A stretch of DNA of 20,409 nt, from assembly GCA_040752695.1 (NCBI GenBank), contig JBFMGO010000108.1, positions 1 to 20,409 of the forward strand, given 5' to 3'. Below, in pieces: positions 15,213 through 20,409 of this stretch (the stretch's first letter is position 1; each line of letters starts with the position of its first letter). This stretch comes from a bacterium. GTDB taxonomy: Bacteria > SZUA-182 > DTGQ01. A model generated the notes under the pieces. It ran no database searches, was not told the DNA's origin, and worked only from the letters and a program-made list of their open reading frames with translations. The position numbers were made by a program, and so were the translations under genes.

Positions 15213-17384
15213 TTATTGCTGCCTTTCCCTTTGCTGGGCAAATATCCGGAAATCCATATCTTTTGAGAAGATATTGTGAACATATTCCAGGGTTGACAGA
15301 AGCTTTTCATCGATGCAACGATCCTCAACCTGCTGAAGAAGCTTTTCGCCCCAATGGATATGCCGCACAATGCGCATCTGCGAGTAGTGGGCTGCCTGTT
15401 TGGTATCAATCAGGAATCCCCAGTCGCTGCTCTGGGCCAGCATCAGCTCCCGTGCCGCCTGATTGAGTGCCCGCTCCTCTATGCCTTTGGCCTTGCTTTT
15501 CTCCGTAGCCAGCTTGCGCATCAGATCGATGAGCCTGAACAGGTGCCGGTATATCCAGTCATTCGGGTGATCGGACCGGCTATTGAGCCAGGTGGCAAAG
15601 TAGTCGCCTTCCCCCCAGCTTGATATTCCTGGAGTGAGACGCTGATGGTGGTGCTGCTCGGACAGATACTCCGACGGGGTAATCGGCCGCACCGCGGTTT
15701 GATCATAGAGCATTCTCCTCGATACCAGTTCCAGCCAATACGGCCCCTCCTCCCACCAGTGGCCGAACAGTTCACCGTCATAGGCGGAAAAGAATATCGG
15801 CTTGCGGTGATTTTTCTCCCAGAAAGTGCGGGCCTGGGCTACCCGGTCATGGATAAACTGGTTGGCGTGTTCGGCGGCAGCCTGGGCTGCCCAGTCAGGA
15901 TGGTAATAATCCTTCTTATCCAGGGGCACATCCTTGCCGGTAACCCGGTAATATTTTAACCCGCTGTTTCTCCGAACTCCGGCGATCTTGAAGTATTCGG
16001 GGATGTAGTCCCAATCGGCATCCCAGACCACGTCCCTGTACCATTCCTTATATCTCGGATCGCCGGGAAAGCCATGCCGTCTGGACCAGACCTGCCCTTT
16101 GGTCTTGTCGTCGATGCCAAAGATGCACAGTCCAGAGTTGGTGATTACCGGGGCATTGATATCATAGAAACACCGGGTGTCTCCCTGGCGAAAGGCATGG
16201 GTATTGACTACGGTCCAGCAGATTCCTTCAGCCAATAAAAATTCATCCAGGCCTGGATTATAGGCATTCTCCGGCAGCCACATCCCTTTCGGTCTTCGGC
16301 CAAAGACCCTCTCGTACTGCCGGATAGCTGTATGGATCTGAGCCCGCACAACCTCTGGAAAATGAAGGTAGAATGGCAAAATGGCATGGGTGGCAGCACA
16401 GGTAATGATCTCCAGTTTCCCCTGATTTTGAAAATCCCGAAATCCCCGGGTAATGTCTCCGCTGTAGTCCTCGAAAATTCTCCTGGCCTGAAAGAGGCGG
16501 TGGAGGGTTTGCTCCACAGTCTGTCGGAAGGGCTTATCCCAGGAGTTGGCGTATTCTTTTTCCGTAAAAGCGATCAACTCACGCAGGTGTATGCGGTAGC
16601 GCTTCTGGAGCAGTGGGTCCTGGAGCATGCTGATTAAGGGGGGGCTCAAGGATATCGTCATCCGAAAGTCCACTCCTTCTTTTTCCATGGTCCAGAAAAT
16701 CCGCAGGATCTGGGTATAAACTGAAGTAATGGCCTCAAACAGCCATTGCTCTTCAAGAAAAACATCATGTTCAGGATGCCTGACAAAGGGGAGGTGATTG
16801 TGCAGGAGCAAAACCCAGTAGCCTTTCTCCTCTTCCACATTGAGAATCCGGCCATGTTTCCGGTACCAATAATAGTTGTACCTCCACTTGTCCTCCAGCA
16901 TAGTCACTTCATGAGCGGGATCGGGGAGAGAAATCTCTCTCCAGTCAGCGTATCGTTGCTCTTTCTGCTCCTGGCCCCGTGGCATCCTGAAGCGGTTAGA
17001 CCGGGCCACCATCTCGAAATTCATCGTGTTATAGGTCTTATAGCCGAGTTCGGCCACATATTCATGATCAGGAAGCAGGTTCAGCCAATAACTGCTCTTA
17101 TCCCCCAGGAAATCATCGACCTCGAACTTGCTATTATAATTGAAGCCATTAAATTCACCCTGTCCATCGACTTGGTAAACGCGCATTACCAGGTAATTCC
17201 GGTTAAAGAAATCTTGCCCCAGCCTTTGCCTGAGCTGTTCCCTGGTAGTTTCCCCGACTTCGTAGATAGCGCAAGCTGAACGAGGATCTTTGGGCAAGAC
17301 CCAGAAGTATGTTTCATTATATTTTTCCTTCAAGGTAGGTTCATCCTGCACTATTGAAAGGTCTACAGCCTCGAAGACTTTCAT
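15213..17384 (-). CDS. GH57 1,4-alpha-glucan branching enzyme (DUF1957 C-terminus) fused to an N-terminal DUF4912-like domain
   Basis: N-terminal KYNETYFWVLPKDP...YE and SYWLNL...Y.AELG......ARSN (DUF4912-like). Then LHNHLPFVRHP, EEQWLFEAI, TCAATH, GMWLPE (nucleophile), YDGELFGHWW.EG (acid/base), SSWGEG, QAARELMLAQSSDW. AGGAG 10 nt before ATG 17384 favours that start over 17402. Confidence 0.88.
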   Translation of the reverse strand: MKVFEAVDLSIVQDEPTLKEKYNETYFWVLPKDPRSACAIYEVGETTREQLRQRLGQDFFNRNYLVMRVYQVDGQGEFNGFNYNSKFEVDDFLGDKSSYWLNLLPDHEYVAELGYKTYNTMNFEMVARSNRFRMPRGQEQKEQRYADWREISLPDPAHEVTMLEDKWRYNYYWYRKHGRILNVEEEKGYWVLLLHNHLPFVRHPEHDVFLEEQWLFEAITSVYTQILRIFWTMEKEGVDFRMTISLSPPLISMLQDPLLQKRYRIHLRELIAFTEKEYANSWDKPFRQTVEQTLHRLFQARRIFEDYSGDITRGFRDFQNQGKLEIITCAATHAILPFYLHFPEVVRAQIHTAIRQYERVFGRRPKGMWLPENAYNPGLDEFLLAEGICWTVVNTHAFRQGDTRCFYDINAPVITNSGLCIFGIDDKTKGQVWSRRHGFPGDPRYKEWYRDVVWDADWDYIPEYFKIAGVRRNSGLKYYRVTGKDVPLDKKDYYHPDWAAQAAAEHANQFIHDRVAQARTFWEKNHRKPIFFSAYDGELFGHWWEEGPYWLELVSRRMLYDQTAVRPITPSEYLSEQHHHQRLTPGISSWGEGDYFATWLNSRSDHPNDWIYRHLFRLIDLMRKLATEKSKAKGIEERALNQAARELMLAQSSDWGFLIDTKQAAHYSQMRIVRHIHWGEKLLQQVEDRCIDEKLLSTLEYVHNIFSKDMDFRIFAQQRERQQ

Positions 17385-18221
17385 AACCGCCACGCTCCTC
17401 ATGTGTATATCCTAAATTTTTATCCTAATTTAACCTTTTATTTTCCACTTAACCTGAACTGCTAAAAAATAAAGCAACTCCTCAAACCCTATGCAGTTTG
17501 AGCGACCTTGTGAGTGACCTTTCGTATGCGAGAAACCTCTTCAATGATCGCTAACAGAACTGCGATAAGCGGTTTAGATTCCTCGTGCTCTCTTTACGAT
17601 GCAGCCTCTCACGAGGAAGCCCCTGTGTAGTTTCAAAATAAATATTATAGGGCTAGTTATTCTTTTCGGCAGAATTCCCTGGTGATTTCGGAAAAATTTA
17701 ACAACACACGAATATTTTTCTCTCTTTATACTGATTATATTTTTGTAATTTTATCGTAACATATTGATAATTAAAACATAAAAATGCCTTGCCTGCCACT
17801 GGAGAAAAAGAAAGAGGAAGGCATAGTCCACTATCCATGGGTTCCCCCATGGATCCGCTACAAATACGAATGAGTGACAAAAATCGACAGGCAGGAGCAA
17901 GGCCCGGAAAGCGGCAGAAATGAGGGTTTTCGCTCTTGAGAACGGACATTTTTACAACTTCGTTTACAGAATGGTAATCGAGGAATTGCAATTTCGTAAC
18001 TCTGCCCCCTCTCCCGTTTCCTGGAGGAGGATCGACAACACTGGAATGATGACCGTAAGGTGTTATAAATTAAGGTCTCCAATGATTCATTACCGTTTTA
18101 TTCAGGTTTTGGCGTCGAAGGCATAGTTTATGCGTTATGAGAAAGTAAAAGACATTGAGATGAAAAACACCCTGATAGGTTCAATATAACCTTTAGTTAA
18201 CCCAAAGGAGGTATATCCAAG

Positions 18222-18521
18222 ATGGAAGCCTTATTGAACGTTATGGTCAGTCTATTCGGCAGTCTGGAGATCACCATCCCCATGAAACAAATTGCTCTCT
18301 TGATCGCGTTAAGCGTGATTTTAATTCTGTTGGGCAAATTTAAATCCGCTTTGGTAGCTAACCTGGTCTTTATCTTTGCCTGGACCTGCATAGCCGGTAG
18401 TTCCATGTCGGGCAAATATACCATCAATAATATTGTCCCTTTTGCCAGCAGCTATGCGGTGATTGGCAGTGCAATCTTTTTCGGTATTGCCCTGATGATT
18501 TTCTATGCCATATCTGAATAG
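18222..18521 (+). CDS. Small hypothetical membrane protein (about 3 TM helices)
   Basis: Perfect RBS AAAGGAGG 10 nt upstream; 99 aa with three hydrophobic segments. Confidence 0.75.
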   Translation: MEALLNVMVSLFGSLEITIPMKQIALLIALSVILILLGKFKSALVANLVFIFAWTCIAGSSMSGKYTINNIVPFASSYAVIGSAIFFGIALMIFYAISE

Positions 18522-18542
18522 GCCATATCTGAATAGGGTATA

Positions 18543-18931
18543 ATTCAGAAGCCAGAATTCAGGATTCAGGATTCAGAATTTAGGAGTCAGGAGTCAGAAG
18601 TCAGAGAGGTAATCCCCTTCTTGTGAGTGGCCGGAAAATGTACATGGGATTCTCCTATGAGTCGAAATGACACAAAGTTACATGAGCCGGGCACGGAGAA
18701 GGGATTCACCTGCCACAAGGAGTCAGGATCCAGTAATCAGTGATCAGTAGCCAGTAATAGCCGCATCTTTCCCTTAGCAAAAAAAAGCCGCCTCTTCCTT
18801 AAGTTCTGGCTTCTGGCTCCTCTCCCTCACTCTGACTTCTGACTTCTGACTTTTGGCCTTCCAGCTTCAGGCTTCTGGCTCTTCTGCCTTTTGACTCCTG
18901 ACTCATCACTCCTATTCTGATCCCTGGCTCC
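18543..18931. repeat. Inverted arrays of degenerate 7-bp tandem repeats in a convergent intergenic region
   Basis: Nine units ATTCAGA/AGCCAGA/ATTCAGG/AGTCAGG/AGTCAGA at 18543-18605; five units AGTCAGG..AGCCAGT at 18721-18755; reverse-complement units TCTGGCT/TCTGACT/CCTGACT at ~18804-18931. Confidence 0.85.
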
Positions 18932-18947
18932 TTTGTCTTATCCTGAT

Positions 18948-20201
18948 TTATAACTCCTGCTCTTTCGCATGAACCTTGGTCAGCAGAAATCCTCCCAGGA
19001 GGAAGAAAATAACCAGGGAAACAATCCCATAGCGGCTTGAGCCTGAAATCTGTCCGACCAGCCCGAAGAGGGCTGGCCCGATGATTCCGGCAAACTTAGC
19101 ACTGATATCATAAAAGGCAAAAAACTCCGCCGATTGGCCCTGGGGAATCATTCTGCCGAAAAATGACCGGCTCAGGGCCTGGCATCCACCCTGGACCATG
19201 GCTACCAGAATAGCCAGCATCCAGAAGTGCAGGGGAGTGTGCATGAAATATCCTCCTACGGCAGCCAGGGTGTAAACAGATAATCCCAGCAGAATACAGG
19301 TTTTTGTTTCCAAAAATCGCGTTGCCCAGCCGAACAGAAGCGTGAAAGGAATACCCAGGAACTGGACCAGAAGGATGGCTCCGATGAGGTGCTTTTGAGC
19401 GATTCCGATCTCTGCCCCGAAAATCGTAGCCATAATGATGATTGTTCCAATTCCGTCGTTGTATAGCCAATAGGCCAGCAGGAATTTCCACGCCTCGCGG
19501 TATTGCCTGACCTTATGGAAGGTGTTGGAGATGCGGCTGAATCCGGCGCGGAGATGATTTTGATCTAGCCGGACACCGCTGCTTCGCGGCTCTTGAACCT
19601 GGATGAAAAGAGGCACGGAAAAAGCTGCCCACCACAGAGATACGGTCAGGAATGAAGCTCGTGAGCCCCACTGTGCATCAGCCAGACCGAACCAGCGAGG
19701 CTTAAGAATCATGGCCAGGTTCAGGGTCAGCAGTAACCCTCCACCAAGATAGCCAAGGGCATAGCCAAGACAGGAGATCCGGTCAAAGTCTTCTTTTTCC
19801 GCAACATAGGGCAGCAGGGAATCGTAAAATACATTTCCACCACCAAACCCGATCCTTCCCAGGATATACAGGCACGATGCCCATAACCAATCCCCCCTGC
19901 CTATACAGGTCAAAAAGCCCGTGGAAAGAGTGCCAAGCAGGGCAAATCGAAAGAGGTAGCTTTTTCGTTTCCCGGCTACATCACCCATAGCACCGAGAAT
20001 AGGGGATAAAGAAGCGATAATCAGCATGGCTACCGTATTGGTGTATCCCCAATAGCTGCTGGCCCGGTTTCCGGGAAGCGTTCCGGCAGCCACGGTGCCA
20101 TAGTAGACCGGCAGCACGGCAGCCATGATAGTAGTGGCAAAAGCGGAGTTTGCCCAGTCATACAGACACCAGCTCAAAGCGGGTAATTTCCTCTTGTCCA
20201 T
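18948..20201 (-). CDS. MFS transporter, UMF1/ATG22-like family
   Basis: SWCLYDWANSAF.TT, SPILGA..D..G.RK, NVFYDSLLP, G.ALGYLGG, LYNDG..T, QALSRS.F..MIP....AEFF.FY, K.A.I.GP; about 12 hydrophobic segments. Confidence 0.92.
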   Translation of the reverse strand: MDKRKLPALSWCLYDWANSAFATTIMAAVLPVYYGTVAAGTLPGNRASSYWGYTNTVAMLIIASLSPILGAMGDVAGKRKSYLFRFALLGTLSTGFLTCIGRGDWLWASCLYILGRIGFGGGNVFYDSLLPYVAEKEDFDRISCLGYALGYLGGGLLLTLNLAMILKPRWFGLADAQWGSRASFLTVSLWWAAFSVPLFIQVQEPRSSGVRLDQNHLRAGFSRISNTFHKVRQYREAWKFLLAYWLYNDGIGTIIIMATIFGAEIGIAQKHLIGAILLVQFLGIPFTLLFGWATRFLETKTCILLGLSVYTLAAVGGYFMHTPLHFWMLAILVAMVQGGCQALSRSFFGRMIPQGQSAEFFAFYDISAKFAGIIGPALFGLVGQISGSSRYGIVSLVIFFLLGGFLLTKVHAKEQEL

Positions 20202-20271
20202 GTGTCAGTTTATGCGTTAGCTTATACGCTAGCTTATGTGTTAGTCTATGTGCTAATCTATGAGTTAGTGG
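20200..20271. repeat. Six degenerate 12-bp tandem repeats abutting the MFS start codon
   Basis: ATGTGTCAGTTT ATGCGTTAGCTT ATACGCTAGCTT ATGTGTTAGTCT ATGTGCTAATCT ATGAGTTAGTGG. Confidence 0.85.
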
Positions 20272-20341
20272 TTTCCTCGCTAAGTACACGGAGCGGGAAT
20301 TACGCGGCCGGATAGATTGTCATCCACGCAGCACGTTATTC

Positions 20342-20409
20342 GTCATTCTGAGCGAAGGCTTAGAATCCAAAAAGCCCTTGAAAAGCCTGGATTCCCGTCT
20401 ACACGGGAA
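20342..20409 (+). repeat. GTCATT/dRS3-like palindromic repeat doublet, cut by the window end
   Basis: GTCATTCTGAGCGAAGGCTTAGAATCC ... GGATTCCC-GTCTACAC-GGGAA. The second half fits the ATTCCC-N8-GGGAAT pattern up to the window end. Confidence 0.6.

Noticed and set aside
15005..15466. 153-aa plus-strand ORF
   Set aside because: Runs through REP and repeat DNA and is antisense to the GH57 3' end.
18108..18126. Sigma54 promoter (TTTGGCGTCGAAGGCA)
   Set aside because: GG-to-GC spacing is 8 nt, not the required 10.
17698..18126. Three short ORFs (97, 74 and 68 aa) in the divergent intergenic region
   Set aside because: They overlap each other, lack a clear RBS and have no recognisable protein features.
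18543..20271. CRISPR array interpretation of the 7-bp and 12-bp repeats
   Set aside because: Units are short, degenerate and contiguous, with no unique spacers and no cas genes.

Overview
Bacterial genomic DNA of moderate GC. From left to right: (1) a DUF4159-like/cohesin/dockerin fusion protein; (2) a complete oleABCD olefin (head-to-head hydrocarbon) biosynthesis operon; (3) a separately promoted FabF-like ketosynthase, an ACP and a CrtI-like FAD oxidoreductase, which may supply the acyl precursor; (4) an AT-rich, inserted-looking Schlafen/AlbA_2 + HATPase_c_4 + TPR-like gene, a defence candidate; (5) on the minus strand, a 132-aa protein with an NHLP/Nif11-like helical leader and a Val/Ile/Ala-rich core, then a strong stem-loop, then a cobalamin-binding radical SAM enzyme, together a candidate minimal proteusin-like RiPP system and the most novel-looking item; (6) a GNAT acetyltransferase; (7) a DUF4912-like/GH57 branching-enzyme fusion; (8) a small membrane protein; (9) a UMF1-type MFS transporter. 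Intergenic DNA is rich in short tandem duplications at gene starts and stops, inverted 7-mer arrays and REP/dRS3-like palindromes. All family calls come from motif recognition by eye; no database search was run.
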